Origin: Candidatus Sulfomarinibacteraceae bacterium
Lineage (GTDB): Bacteria; Acidobacteriota; Thermoanaerobaculia; Thermoanaerobaculales; Sulfomarinibacteraceae
Assembly: GCA_963796455.1 (NCBI GenBank)
Contig: CAWCLO010000001.1
Coordinates: 928,001 to 992,000, forward strand
Reading direction: 5' to 3'
Length of the DNA: 64,000 bases
Every line of letters begins with the position of its first letter. Positions within the stretch are counted from its first letter, which is position 1. The position numbers and the translations under genes were made by a program. Shown piece by piece: positions 28,683-38,883 of this stretch. The notes under the pieces were generated by a model. It was not told the DNA's origin. It ran no database searches and saw nothing but the letters and a program-made list of their open reading frames with translations.

Positions 28683-31355
28683 ATGGCAGACGCAAAACCA
28701 CTGATTATCGTCGAGTCGCCCGCGAAAGCGCGGACCATCTCCAAGTTTCTTGGGTCGGACTATGTCGTTGAGTCGTCGGTCGGTCACATCCGCGACCTGC
28801 CGTCTTCGGCGGCGGAGATCCCGAAAAAACAAAAGGGCGAGTCCTGGGCGCGGCTCGGGATCGATGTCGAAAACGGCTTTGCACCACTGTACGTGGTTCC
28901 TGCCGACAAAAAAAAGCAGGTGACGACCCTCAAGAAAAAACTCAAGGAGGCCTCCGAGCTCTACCTCGCGACTGACGAAGACCGCGAGGGAGAGGCCATT
29001 GCGTGGCATCTTGTTGAAGTCCTCAAACCGGCAATACCGGTCAAGCGATTGGTCTTCCACGAGATCACCAACAAAGCCATCGACCGGGCGCTCTCCGAAC
29101 CGCGTGATATCGACAGCCGGTTGGTTGCAGCGCAGGAGACGCGCCGGATTCTCGATCGTCTTGTGGGTTACGAAGTCTCACCGGTCCTCTGGAAAAAGGT
29201 CCGCCCCAAACTTTCCGCCGGTCGCGTGCAGTCGGTGGCCACCCGTCTGATCGTCGCCCGTGAGGAAGCACGGATGCGTTTTGTCGAGTCCACATTCTGC
29301 GGTCTCGATGCGACGCTGTCGGTAGCGGACGATGGTGCCAGGTTCACCGCGCGGCTGGCCGAGCTCGATGGATCCAAGATCGCCATCGGCAAAGATTTCG
29401 ACACCGAGACCGGCGAACTCAAAACCAAAGCCAGGGTTCTCGACCAGGAGAGCGCCAACAGCCTGGCATCGAAGCTCGAGACAGCTCCCTTCGACGTCAC
29501 CGACATCATTCAGAAGCCCTTCACCAACCGGCCCTATCCACCGTTCATGACCTCGACCCTGCAGCAGGAGGCGGGCCGCAAGCTCCGCTTCAACGCCCGC
29601 CGCACCATGCGGGTGGCACAGAGCCTCTATGAGAACGGATTCATCACCTATATGCGTACCGACTCGCTGACCCTGTCGTCGGAGGCGCTGAACGCCGCTC
29701 GCGGCCAGGTCACCGAGCTCTACGGCAGCGAATACCTCCCGGATCAACCGCGAGTCTATCGATCGAAGTCGCGGACCGCCCAGGAAGCTCACGAGGCCAT
29801 CCGGCCCGCCGGCAGCCGTTTCCAGACGCCGGCGAGCCTCAAAGGCACCCTCGAGACCGACCAGTTCAGGCTCTACGAGCTGATCTGGAAACGCACCCTG
29901 GCCTCACAGATGAAGGACGCCACCGGCGTTCGTACTCAGCTCAGAATCGAAGCGCCGGTGGAGGGCGACGGACAGGCGGTCTTCACGACATCGGGCAAGG
30001 TCATCACCTTCGCCGGCTTCCTGCGAGCCTATGTGGAAGGGTCGGATGATCCCGGAGCCGAACTCGCCGACCAGGAAAAGCTCCTGCCGCCACTGGAAAA
30101 GGGCGAGAAACCCGATCTGATCGGGCTCGAACCGACTCATCACACCACCCAGCCGCCCGCTCGCTACACCGAGGCGAGTCTGGTCAAGGAACTGGAAGCA
30201 CGCGGTATCGGCCGCCCCTCGACCTACGCATCCATCATTCAAACCATCCAGGATCGTGGATACGTCTGGAACAAGGGTCAGGCGCTGGTACCGACCTTCA
30301 CGGCCTTCGCCGTGATCCGGCTGCTCGAACGCAATCTCTCCGACCTCGTGGACTACGACTTCACCGCCCGTATGGAATCCGAGCTCGACTCCATCGCCCG
30401 CGGCGAGACCGACGCCACGCCGTGGCTCAACGACTTCTACTTCGGCCTCGCCGAAGACGACACCGGTCGGAGTCAGATCATGCGCGTGGGTCTGCACGCA
30501 TTGGTCGCAACGGGCGAAGAGATCGACCCGCGCGAAGCCTCCAGGATTACTATCGGTCAAACCGCCGAGGGCGAATTGGTGGCGGTCCGAGTCGGCCGCT
30601 ACGGGCCCTATATTCAAATCGGTGATTCCGATCGGCGCGCTCCGGTCCCCGAAGACATGCCGCCCGACGAGATGACCATCGAACAGGCACTCGAAATGGT
30701 GGCCAGGGCGGCCGAAGGCGATCAGGCCATCGGAAACGACCCCGAGACCGGAAAGCCGATCTATGTCAAAAACGGGCGCTTCGGCCCCTACGTTCAACTC
30801 GGCGACCGCACCGATGACGGCGAAAAACCAAAGATGGCCAGCCTCTGGAAATCCATGTCGCCCTCCGGGGTAGCGTTGGAAGACGCATTGATGCTCCTGT
30901 CCTTCCCGCGTGATCTCGGCAAACACCCCGAAACGGGCGAAAGCGTCACCGTCCAGGACGGTCGCTATGGCCCCTACGTCAAGTCGGGCTCCGAGACCCG
31001 AAGTCTCGACAGCCAGGACCGACTCGGCACGATCACCTTCGAAGAGGCGGTCAACAAGCTCAAAGAGCCCAAAAAGGGCCGTCGCGCCGGCGGCGCCGCT
31101 TCAACCATCGCCGAACTCGGGACTCACCCGGATTCGGGCGACCCGATTCAGGTCAAAACCGGCCGCTACGGCCCCTACGTCACCGACGGCACCGTCAACG
31201 CCACCGTACCAAAGGGCACCGACCCCGAGAAAGTCGATCTCGACGCCGCCCTCGAACTCCTGGCCAGACGGGAAGAAAAGCTCCGGTCGCAGGGCAAAGA
31301 TCCACGGGCGAAGAAGAAACCAAAAAAGAAAACCACCAAGCGCAAGAAGAAATAG
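28683..31355 (+). CDS. topA: DNA topoisomerase I
   Basis: IVESPAKA, ATDEDREGEAI, SAGRVQS, ITYMRTDS; C-terminal GRYGPY repeats and Lys-rich tail. Confidence 0.97.
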   Translation: MADAKPLIIVESPAKARTISKFLGSDYVVESSVGHIRDLPSSAAEIPKKQKGESWARLGIDVENGFAPLYVVPADKKKQVTTLKKKLKEASELYLATDEDREGEAIAWHLVEVLKPAIPVKRLVFHEITNKAIDRALSEPRDIDSRLVAAQETRRILDRLVGYEVSPVLWKKVRPKLSAGRVQSVATRLIVAREEARMRFVESTFCGLDATLSVADDGARFTARLAELDGSKIAIGKDFDTETGELKTKARVLDQESANSLASKLETAPFDVTDIIQKPFTNRPYPPFMTSTLQQEAGRKLRFNARRTMRVAQSLYENGFITYMRTDSLTLSSEALNAARGQVTELYGSEYLPDQPRVYRSKSRTAQEAHEAIRPAGSRFQTPASLKGTLETDQFRLYELIWKRTLASQMKDATGVRTQLRIEAPVEGDGQAVFTTSGKVITFAGFLRAYVEGSDDPGAELADQEKLLPPLEKGEKPDLIGLEPTHHTTQPPARYTEASLVKELEARGIGRPSTYASIIQTIQDRGYVWNKGQALVPTFTAFAVIRLLERNLSDLVDYDFTARMESELDSIARGETDATPWLNDFYFGLAEDDTGRSQIMRVGLHALVATGEEIDPREASRITIGQTAEGELVAVRVGRYGPYIQIGDSDRRAPVPEDMPPDEMTIEQALEMVARAAEGDQAIGNDPETGKPIYVKNGRFGPYVQLGDRTDDGEKPKMASLWKSMSPSGVALEDALMLLSFPRDLGKHPETGESVTVQDGRYGPYVKSGSETRSLDSQDRLGTITFEEAVNKLKEPKKGRRAGGAASTIAELGTHPDSGDPIQVKTGRYGPYVTDGTVNATVPKGTDPEKVDLDAALELLARREEKLRSQGKDPRAKKKPKKKTTKRKKK

Positions 31356-31445
31356 GCCCAGCCAGCGCCATTGTGGCGCAGGCGCCCCGTCTGCACTTCT
31401 CTTCAGATTCGCCGTCGTTGTGCTCCTCGGAATGCCAATCGGCTG

Positions 31446-31811
31446 TTAATTTGCAGCCAGCTTCTGGAGAACCCCTCGTGCCTGGGCCTCGGTGGCGCTG
31501 ACATTGAGAACCCCTTCCAGCATGACAACGGTGAAGACCTCGCGAATCTTGTCGCTGCATCCGTAGACGGCGATGGCCCCACCAAAGGTTTTGAGGCGCA
31601 CGAAGATTCGCACCATGACACCGATACCCGCACTGGTAAGGATGTTGAGGCGTGACAGATCGAAAAGGAAAAACCGCGCATCGGGACCGGCGATGCCGGA
31701 CGCCCAGACCCAAAGATCTTCGGCTCCGTTGACCTCGAGCGCACCACTGAGGCGCACGAGCAGGGCCTCATCGATCTCAGCGTCAGGTTCGAAGGCAATT
31801 TGCAGGCCCAC
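31446..31811 (-). CDS. STAS domain protein (anti-sigma factor antagonist)
   Basis: FDLSRLNILTSAGIG. Confidence 0.85.
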   Translation of the reverse strand: MGLQIAFEPDAEIDEALLVRLSGALEVNGAEDLWVWASGIAGPDARFFLFDLSRLNILTSAGIGVMVRIFVRLKTFGGAIAVYGCSDKIREVFTVVMLEGVLNVSATEAQARGVLQKLAAN

Positions 31812-31962
31812 AGGCAGTTCCTTTCTGGTCGGATTGTCTGGGTGATTCTATCACTGGAAAGTCTCGGTAAGGAGACCGCTCCAGCTGTAGGAGCTCTCCG
31901 ACATGGCGGCCGGGCGAAGTGGACTGCGGAATCGCCACCGGGCCCAGGTATGATCGTCTCGC

Positions 31963-33645
31963 ATGCCGCTCATCCATATTGTCCAGGCAGAGGGCGAGGC
32001 CTTCGATCACGAGATCGAGGGCGATTCGCTGGTCATCGGCCGTTCTTCGCGGTGCGATCTTGCGGTCCTCGACCGCTGTCTCTCCAGACAACACGTCCGG
32101 ATCTTCAAATCGGATGATGACTGGATGGTGGAGGATCTCGGGTCCAGAAATGGCACGACTCTCAATGGATTGCAGGTATCGAACCCGACCCGATTGCGAA
32201 TCGGCGACACGATCGCCGCCTCGATGTCTGAGATCACATTCGGCGGTCCCGGGCTATTTGGAAATCACCCCGCGAGCGGTGATTCTCGGGCGCGGATCAG
32301 TGAATCTTCCGACACCGACAGCCAGACCATCTTCCGGGCGGCAAGCGATATCCTCGCCGACTCGGAGCGCGAGCTCGCCGGCGCCGCTTTCGCCGCGAGC
32401 GATGAGCTGCAGCGCGCTGCTACGCAACTTCGGGTTCTCAACGACATCCACCAGTCTTTAGCCGGGGCGACCACAACCGAGGAGCTTTTCGCGGAGATCC
32501 TCGACCGCGTTTTTGCCCACTTCCGACCGCAAAACGCGGCGGTCTTCGTCAAGGACGGCGACCGTTTGATCCGCGCCGCGACGCGATCTGCCGTCGGCTG
32601 CACGGAGGACTTTCCTGAATCATCGAGCTTGGCGAGGGAGGTCATCGACAAGGGCCTCGCGGCTGTTGTCCACGACACATCCACCGATATGAGATTCGCC
32701 GGATCGGAGAGTCTCCTCGACGCCGGGGTACGTACGCTGGTCGCGGCGCCGCTTCTGACCCGCAAACTCGCGCTCGGGATGATCGTGCTCAGCTCGACCC
32801 TCGCCGAGCGTCAGTTCGCCGAATCGGATATGGAGATGCTGACGGTCGTGGCCTCCGCGACCGGTCTGCGGTTGCGCAACCTCGCCCTCGCCGAGGAAGC
32901 CGCCGAGCGGCAAAGATTCGAACGCGAGTTGGCCATCGCCCGGCGCATCCAGGTCGCGCTGCTGCCGGCCGCGATGCCGGAAGTGCCCGGCGTGCGGATT
33001 CACGGCGGCAACACACCATCGAGGGGAGTATCCGGCGACTATTTCCAAGTTGTCGATCGACCGGAACAGCATGAGGTGGCGTTGGTGATCGCCGACGTTT
33101 CGGGCAAGGGGATCGGCGCCTCCCTGCTGACCGGATACGTCGACGCACTGGTCATCGCCTACCTCGGGGAGAACCTCGAACCCGATGAGATCTTCAACCG
33201 GATTTCACCGCAGATGCATGCCAAAACACCGGTTGAGGCCTTTGCCACCGCTTTCCTCGGAATCTATTCGACCGACACCGGGAAGCTTCGTTTTGCCAGC
33301 GCGGGCCACGACCCCGCCCTCCTTGTTCGTTCATCGGGCGAGGTCGAGTTGCTCAGACCGACCGGGATGCCGCTCGGTCTGATGCCCGAGGCCCATTACA
33401 CCGCAACCGAGGCCGCGATGGGAATCGGCGACACCCTCGTCCTTTACACCGACGGCATTACCGAAGCCGCCAACCTTGAAGAAGATGAATTCGGCAGGAA
33501 GCGTCTGACAGCGACCTGCATCGAAAACCGGACCCGGACGGCGGAAGAGCTCGCCACGTCGATTCACCAACGGGTGCACCTTCACGTGGACGGTGTGCCC
33601 TACCACGACGACAGAACCTTGGTGATTCTGCAGCGGGTGGAGTAG
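31963..33645 (+). CDS. FHA-GAF-PP2C (SpoIIE/RsbU-like) phosphatase
   Basis: IGRS..SRQH..DLGSRNGT; GDY, ADVSGKG, TDG, DD. Confidence 0.9.
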   Translation: MPLIHIVQAEGEAFDHEIEGDSLVIGRSSRCDLAVLDRCLSRQHVRIFKSDDDWMVEDLGSRNGTTLNGLQVSNPTRLRIGDTIAASMSEITFGGPGLFGNHPASGDSRARISESSDTDSQTIFRAASDILADSERELAGAAFAASDELQRAATQLRVLNDIHQSLAGATTTEELFAEILDRVFAHFRPQNAAVFVKDGDRLIRAATRSAVGCTEDFPESSSLAREVIDKGLAAVVHDTSTDMRFAGSESLLDAGVRTLVAAPLLTRKLALGMIVLSSTLAERQFAESDMEMLTVVASATGLRLRNLALAEEAAERQRFERELAIARRIQVALLPAAMPEVPGVRIHGGNTPSRGVSGDYFQVVDRPEQHEVALVIADVSGKGIGASLLTGYVDALVIAYLGENLEPDEIFNRISPQMHAKTPVEAFATAFLGIYSTDTGKLRFASAGHDPALLVRSSGEVELLRPTGMPLGLMPEAHYTATEAAMGIGDTLVLYTDGITEAANLEEDEFGRKRLTATCIENRTRTAEELATSIHQRVHLHVDGVPYHDDRTLVILQRVE

Positions 33646-33756
33646 CTCGCGCCACCCCGCCACGAACGATTGTCGCGCTCTGCAGGCTTGATTCCAGGTC
33701 CACGTCGCAAAGTGACTGGTGATCCAGGTTAAGATATCCGCAGCGGAATCCTGAAA

Positions 33757-36465
33757 ATGCGTGATCTCATTGGTCTCACGCTCGATCACTACCGAATTGT
33801 CGAGAAAATCGGCGAAGGCGGAATGGGAATGGTTTATCGTGCCCACGACGAGACCCTCGATCGAGACGTGGCGATCAAGGTGCTGCCGGAAGAAGTGGCG
33901 CAGGACGCGGATCGGCTGGCCCGCTTTGAGCACGAAGCCAGGGCGGTCGCCAAACTCAATCACCCGAATATCCTCGCCATCCATGATTTCGAGGCCGAGG
34001 GCGAGATCACCTTTGCCGTCACCGAATTGCTCGAGGGTGAGTCACTGCGTGAGCGTCTTCTCAACCGGAGCGGCCCGCTGCCCTGGCGAAGGACCCGGGA
34101 AATCGGGGCCGCGGTGGCAACGGGTCTGGGGGCAGCCCACCACAAAGGAATTGTTCACCGGGACATCAAACCCGAGAATATTTTTCTGGTCAACGACGGC
34201 CGGGTCAAGATCCTCGATTTCGGGCTCGCCCAGGTCCACGAACCGGTGGACGCCAACGCCGATACAGCCACCCTCACCCCCGCCGGGACGGTGCCAGGCA
34301 GCGTGATGGGCACCGTCGGATACATGTCTCCGGAACAGGTTCGAGGTGAGCCGGCCGATGCGCGATCCGACATCTTTGCTCTCGGTTGTGTGCTCTTCGA
34401 AATGCTCGCGGGTCACCAGGCCTTCAAACGGGAAACCACCGCGGAGATCATGGCCGCGATTCTTCGCGAGGATCCGCCGTCCCTGGTCGAGTTTGGTATC
34501 GAGACCGCTCCCGAGGTCGAAAAAACAATCCAGCGTTGTCTGGAGAAAAACCCCGAGCGACGCTATCAGTCAGCGCGGGATCTGGCATTTGCAGTGGAGT
34601 CGCTGTCAGGCACGTCAGCCCCCGTCGCACCGGTCGAATCCGAACCATCCACCCGGTCACGTTCGTTGCCCCTGATCGCGGCAGCACTGGCTGTCCTTTC
34701 GGCTCTGTTGGTCGTGCTTCTCTGGCAGAAACCCACCGGCGCCGATCTCAGTACCTATCGATTCTCCCCCTTCGCTACGGGCGCCGAACCTGTGGGTGCG
34801 GCCGCCTGGTCCTATGATGGCCGCAGCATCGCCTACGTGAAACGCGCAAATGGTCGATCGAATATTTTTGTTCGCAGCCTCGACTCCGATTCGCCCGTCA
34901 AAATCACCGATTTTGACGGCCAAGGTGTCGACGCACCGTTCTGGTCGCCCGATGGAAGTCGGGTATGGTTTCGATCCGGTGGCAGGGTGATGTCTGTCGG
35001 ACGGGCGGGTGGGGAGCCTGAACTGGCCCAGGACGACACCTACGGGCGAGCCGGTGATCTGTCACCGGACGGACGAACTCTCGCCACCTGGCGATCTGAA
35101 AAGGAAAACGGAGTCTTCAGCGCCGGTGTCTGGCTTGCCGACCCGCCGACGGCCACACCAAGAAAATATGAACCCGCGCCATTTGAAATTACGGTACCCA
35201 ATTTTCCCGTATACCTGAAATTCTCCCCCGACGGAACACAGATACTGGCATCTTTTCCCGGGTCTGACGGCGTCGAGGTGTGGCTGCTTCCATTTCCGGA
35301 CGGGGAACCGGCATCTGGGAAATCCCGGAAGCTATTTTCAAATCATCCCTTTTCTGGATCGCCGGAGATCTCGTGGATGCCGGACGGCCGGCGCGTCGTG
35401 ATGGCCTTTCGAGAAAACCTCGGATCCAGAGCGAAACTCTGGATGGGGGACATTCGCGATGAAACGGTCCGACCTCTCACCGCAGGAGTCATCCCCGAAA
35501 GAGCGCCTGATGTCTCACCGGACGGTTTGACAATTGCCTTCAACTCGATTCGGAGCAATTTTGACATTGTGGAGGTTCAACTGGACGGCTCGCCACTGCG
35601 CGACCTGCTCACAAGCACTCAAGACGTGTATTCTGCGGCCTGGGTCCCCGGGAAAGACCGATTCGCCTATATGACCTCTCGAAATGGGCGCGTAGAAATC
35701 CGGGTTCGCAGCCGCTATGAAGACTGGGACCGCACCGTCGTATCCCAGAAAGACTTCCCCGATGACGTGACGAGAATCATGAGGGGTCCAATCGTTTCCC
35801 CGAACGGAAGTCAGATTGCGTTTGACCGGCAACCTGAAAACGGTCTCGCCGCCATCTGGATCTCGCCCACTGCCGGCGGAGCACCGACGAAGCTCGTCGA
35901 GACTATTGGAGCTCAATATGGGCCCGACTGGGGGCCGGACGGTAAATGGCTATCGTTTTTGTGGGCGAAGGGGGGCGCCATCAGCATCGCCAAGGTTCGG
36001 GTGGGTTCGAGCGACCCTCCCCAGACCCTGGTCGACGGCAATCTGGTGGCTTCCCTGATTCCCGCATGGTCACCGACGGGTGAATGGATCGTTTACTTTG
36101 GCCGCAACGAAACCGAGACCGGGCTCAGGTTGATCGACGCCGAAGGCACAACCTCACGTTTTCTCGCCGACATCGGTATCCCCGCGGGGTGGGTTTGGTC
36201 GCGCGACGGCGAGACGATCTACACTATCAAGGTCGATTCTGAAAACCCGCAACTCCTGGCGATAGACATCGAAACTGGCGCCGTGACCTCCATCGGCCAA
36301 TTTGGGGCAGAAAACACCTTCCAAGTCCCTTTCTCTCCCGGCATGAGATTCACTTTAGCCCCAGACGGCAAAAGCTTCTCCGCTTCGGTCTATCGAATCG
36401 ACAGCGACCTCTGGCTTCTCGAGGGTTTCGATCCAAAGAGGAATTGGCTCGATCGGTTCCGCTGA
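33757..36465 (+). CDS. Ser/Thr protein kinase with TolB-like beta-propeller
   Basis: GEGGMG, VAIK, HRDIKPEN, DFG, YMSPEQ; hydrophobic segment; WSPDG repeats. Confidence 0.93.
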   Translation: MRDLIGLTLDHYRIVEKIGEGGMGMVYRAHDETLDRDVAIKVLPEEVAQDADRLARFEHEARAVAKLNHPNILAIHDFEAEGEITFAVTELLEGESLRERLLNRSGPLPWRRTREIGAAVATGLGAAHHKGIVHRDIKPENIFLVNDGRVKILDFGLAQVHEPVDANADTATLTPAGTVPGSVMGTVGYMSPEQVRGEPADARSDIFALGCVLFEMLAGHQAFKRETTAEIMAAILREDPPSLVEFGIETAPEVEKTIQRCLEKNPERRYQSARDLAFAVESLSGTSAPVAPVESEPSTRSRSLPLIAAALAVLSALLVVLLWQKPTGADLSTYRFSPFATGAEPVGAAAWSYDGRSIAYVKRANGRSNIFVRSLDSDSPVKITDFDGQGVDAPFWSPDGSRVWFRSGGRVMSVGRAGGEPELAQDDTYGRAGDLSPDGRTLATWRSEKENGVFSAGVWLADPPTATPRKYEPAPFEITVPNFPVYLKFSPDGTQILASFPGSDGVEVWLLPFPDGEPASGKSRKLFSNHPFSGSPEISWMPDGRRVVMAFRENLGSRAKLWMGDIRDETVRPLTAGVIPERAPDVSPDGLTIAFNSIRSNFDIVEVQLDGSPLRDLLTSTQDVYSAAWVPGKDRFAYMTSRNGRVEIRVRSRYEDWDRTVVSQKDFPDDVTRIMRGPIVSPNGSQIAFDRQPENGLAAIWISPTAGGAPTKLVETIGAQYGPDWGPDGKWLSFLWAKGGAISIAKVRVGSSDPPQTLVDGNLVASLIPAWSPTGEWIVYFGRNETETGLRLIDAEGTTSRFLADIGIPAGWVWSRDGETIYTIKVDSENPQLLAIDIETGAVTSIGQFGAENTFQVPFSPGMRFTLAPDGKSFSASVYRIDSDLWLLEGFDPKRNWLDRFR

Positions 36466-36528
36466 CCGATTCACGATCACGGGCCCAGCAATCTTGTCAA
36501 AATGACTGGCCTGAGCCGGGGTCTTGGT

Positions 36529-36561
36529 CCCCCCTGCTCCCTTTCTCCCTTTCTCCCTTTC
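36529..36561 (+). repeat. Octamer array CTCCCTTT
   Basis: Read directly from the sequence. Confidence 0.75.
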
Positions 36562-36571
36562 GAGATCGGGT

Positions 36572-37801
36572 CTACCTCGACAGCTGATCCCAGATCGCCG
36601 CCATGCCCTCGTGTTCGGCGGCGAAGATCTCCACGAGGCGGGGGTCGAGGTGACGGCGGGGATCGAAGCGATCGTCGCCCTCCATAACGATGCGGCGAGT
36701 CTGCTCGTGGGTGAAGGCCGGTTTGTACGGGCGTTCGGAGCGCAGGGCGTCATAGATGTCGGCGAGGGTGACGATGCGGGCCGAGGCGGGGATCTCCCTG
36801 CCCTTGCGGCCGACCGGGTAGCCGCCGCCGTCCCATTGCTCGTGGTGGTTGAGGGCGATCTCGGCCGCCATTTGGAGGCGGTCGGAGGCCGAGAGAATCC
36901 GGTAGCCGTATTCAGGGTGGCGCTTCATCTCATGTCGCTCATCGTCATCGAGGGGGCCGTTTTTGCGCAGAATGGCGACGTTGATGCTCATCTTGCCCAC
37001 ATCGTGGAGCTGGGCCGAGTAACGGATTTCGTTGCAGAAGGACTTCGACTTGCCCATCTTTTCGGCCAGGAAAAATGAGTATTCATTGACCCGCTCGACA
37101 TGCTGAGCGGTGTTCTCATCGTGCAGTTCGGCCGCCCGCGACAAGAGATTGATCGAGATCTGGAACGCTTCCTCGGTCTCGTCCTGGAGCGCTGCGATGC
37201 GGGCGCGTTGTTCGCGCAGCGTCCGGTTGCGGTCGCGGAGGCGAAGATTCTGGGCCGAGATCCGGTCGAGCATATCGGCGCGCTCGATGGCGCCGCCGAC
37301 GATGTGGTTGAAGGGAACGATGAGATCGGCCTGTTCGCGCTCGAAAGGCACCGGGCCGTTGCCTGCGGCATCGAGACGATTGATGAGTTGCACGACACCA
37401 ATCGTCTCGCGATCATAGTTGAGGAGCGGGAAGCTGAGCATGGAGCGGCTGCGGTAGCCGTTGTCGCGGTCAAAACTGGGATCGAAGTCGAAGGGCAACT
37501 CGTCGGGAATATTGTAGAGATCGGCAACGAAGACCGTCTCGCCGGTGACCGCGGTATAACCGGCAATTGACGAGGTATTCAAGGGGACCACAAAACGTGA
37601 GGGTTCGAGCTCGATCCGGTCGTTCTGGGTGTTCGCCGCCTCGAGACGCTTGTCCTTGCCTCTGCCGCGGGTGACAAAGACAGTCCCCGCCTCGGCCCCG
37701 GTCAGACCGCGGCTCTTGAGCAACACCCGCCGCAGCAGTTCGTCCGCCGGCTGCGGTTTCGAGTATTCGATGAACTCCAGGAACTCTCTGAGGACGTCCA
37801 T
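36572..37801 (-). CDS. GAF + HD-GYP phosphodiesterase
   Basis: LHDVGK, HHEQWDGGGYP, ADIYDAL, RPYK. Confidence 0.92.
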   Translation of the reverse strand: MDVLREFLEFIEYSKPQPADELLRRVLLKSRGLTGAEAGTVFVTRGRGKDKRLEAANTQNDRIELEPSRFVVPLNTSSIAGYTAVTGETVFVADLYNIPDELPFDFDPSFDRDNGYRSRSMLSFPLLNYDRETIGVVQLINRLDAAGNGPVPFEREQADLIVPFNHIVGGAIERADMLDRISAQNLRLRDRNRTLREQRARIAALQDETEEAFQISINLLSRAAELHDENTAQHVERVNEYSFFLAEKMGKSKSFCNEIRYSAQLHDVGKMSINVAILRKNGPLDDDERHEMKRHPEYGYRILSASDRLQMAAEIALNHHEQWDGGGYPVGRKGREIPASARIVTLADIYDALRSERPYKPAFTHEQTRRIVMEGDDRFDPRRHLDPRLVEIFAAEHEGMAAIWDQLSR

Positions 37802-37858
37802 CTGTGTTCCCCTCGATCAGAAAAATAAAACGGCAACTATCATACCGAATCCGAACGC

Positions 37859-37892
37859 AAAACGACCCGGCAACGAGGGAGATGCCGGGTCG
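37859..37892 (-). terminator. Terminator-like hairpin after rpmG
   Basis: CGACCCGGCA/TGCCGGGTCG 10-bp stem followed by TTTT on the minus strand. Confidence 0.65.
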
Positions 37893-37932
37893 AGTTGGGG
37901 CACCCGTTTCGGGGCGCCGTGGCGTCCTCCGC

Positions 37933-38091
37933 TTAGCGGGACTCTTTGAAGACCACGTGTTTGCGCACGACCGGGTCGTACTTTTTGAGCTCGAGGCGCT
38001 CGGTGGTGTTCTGTTTGTTCTTTTTGACACTGTACATATAAGCACTCTCGGTGCTTTTGAGCTTGACGGTCACGCGATGTCCTTTGGCCAT
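37933..38091 (-). CDS. rpmG: 50S ribosomal protein L33 (absent from the ORF track)
   Basis: Hand translation MAKGHRVTVKLKSTESAYMYSVKKNKQNTTERLELKKYDPVVRKHVVFKESR; GGAGG RBS. Confidence 0.95.
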   Translation of the reverse strand: MAKGHRVTVKLKSTESAYMYSVKKNKQNTTERLELKKYDPVVRKHVVFKESR

Positions 38092-38117
38092 AGTTCCTCC
38101 ACTGTCTCAGCCGACGG

Positions 38118-38146
38118 ATGATACTCATGGTGAGAAGTGGTGTCAA
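38118..38146 (-). promoter_or_regulatory. Sigma70-type promoter of rpmG
   Basis: TTGACA-17 nt-TATCAT on the minus strand. Confidence 0.75.
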
Positions 38147-38152
38147 GTCTCT

Positions 38153-38187
38153 GGGGACCTGAGGCTTGGGGCCTGGGGCTTGGGGTT
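38153..38187 (+). repeat. Heptamer array GGGGC(C/T)T
   Basis: Read directly from the sequence. Confidence 0.7.
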
Positions 38188-38192
38188 GCCGG

Positions 38193-38849
38193 CTAGATGC
38201 CGGCTTTCAACACTGCTCGCAGGATCCGCTCGAGTTCCTTTGCAAGATCGATCCAGAAACCCGCATAATCGGGATCACCTTTTTCGAAGGCCGCGCTTCC
38301 GCGAGGGTTCGCGGCGGGCTCGAGTCCCGTGACCAACAGCTGAGCGAGGTACAAAACCTTGAAGCCATCGCCGGCAGCGAGGTCTGGGAACACTTTTTCG
38401 ATCGCCTCGCCGATCTCCACAATCCTATCGCGCCGCCAACGCTGAAACCGAAAGACCTCCATCAGCTCGACGTTTTGCTCGAGGACCACCGGCATCACAC
38501 TGAGAAAACGGGTCAGAACGGGCCGCTCGCCCAGACTCCGGGCTATCAATTCGGCAAGGCGATCGATGCTCATCTCGCCATTGCAGCCCGAGAACTCGCT
38601 TTCGAGCGCCGTAAACCACTCGGCAAGTTCATCGCGCAACAGCAAGAGGAAGAGCTCTTCCCTGGTTCTGAAATACATCGATGCGATGCCTCGATCAACA
38701 TCGGCTTTTTGTCCAATGGTGTCCAGGGTGACCTCAACATAGGGCATGCGGGCAAAGGTCGACCGCGCGAGTTCGAAGATCTGCTGTTTGCGGACGGCCC
38801 GGTTTTCTTTGGCGCGTTTGAGCTTCTCGCGGTTGATCAGTCGTCCCAT
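38193..38849 (-). CDS. TetR family transcriptional regulator
   Basis: N-terminal HTH (VTLDTIGQKADV...YFRTREELFL). Confidence 0.85.
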   Translation of the reverse strand: MGRLINREKLKRAKENRAVRKQQIFELARSTFARMPYVEVTLDTIGQKADVDRGIASMYFRTREELFLLLLRDELAEWFTALESEFSGCNGEMSIDRLAELIARSLGERPVLTRFLSVMPVVLEQNVELMEVFRFQRWRRDRIVEIGEAIEKVFPDLAAGDGFKVLYLAQLLVTGLEPAANPRGSAAFEKGDPDYAGFWIDLAKELERILRAVLKAGI

Positions 38850-38883
38850 GGGCGCATTATCCTCGATTTTCCGGGGTGTGATG

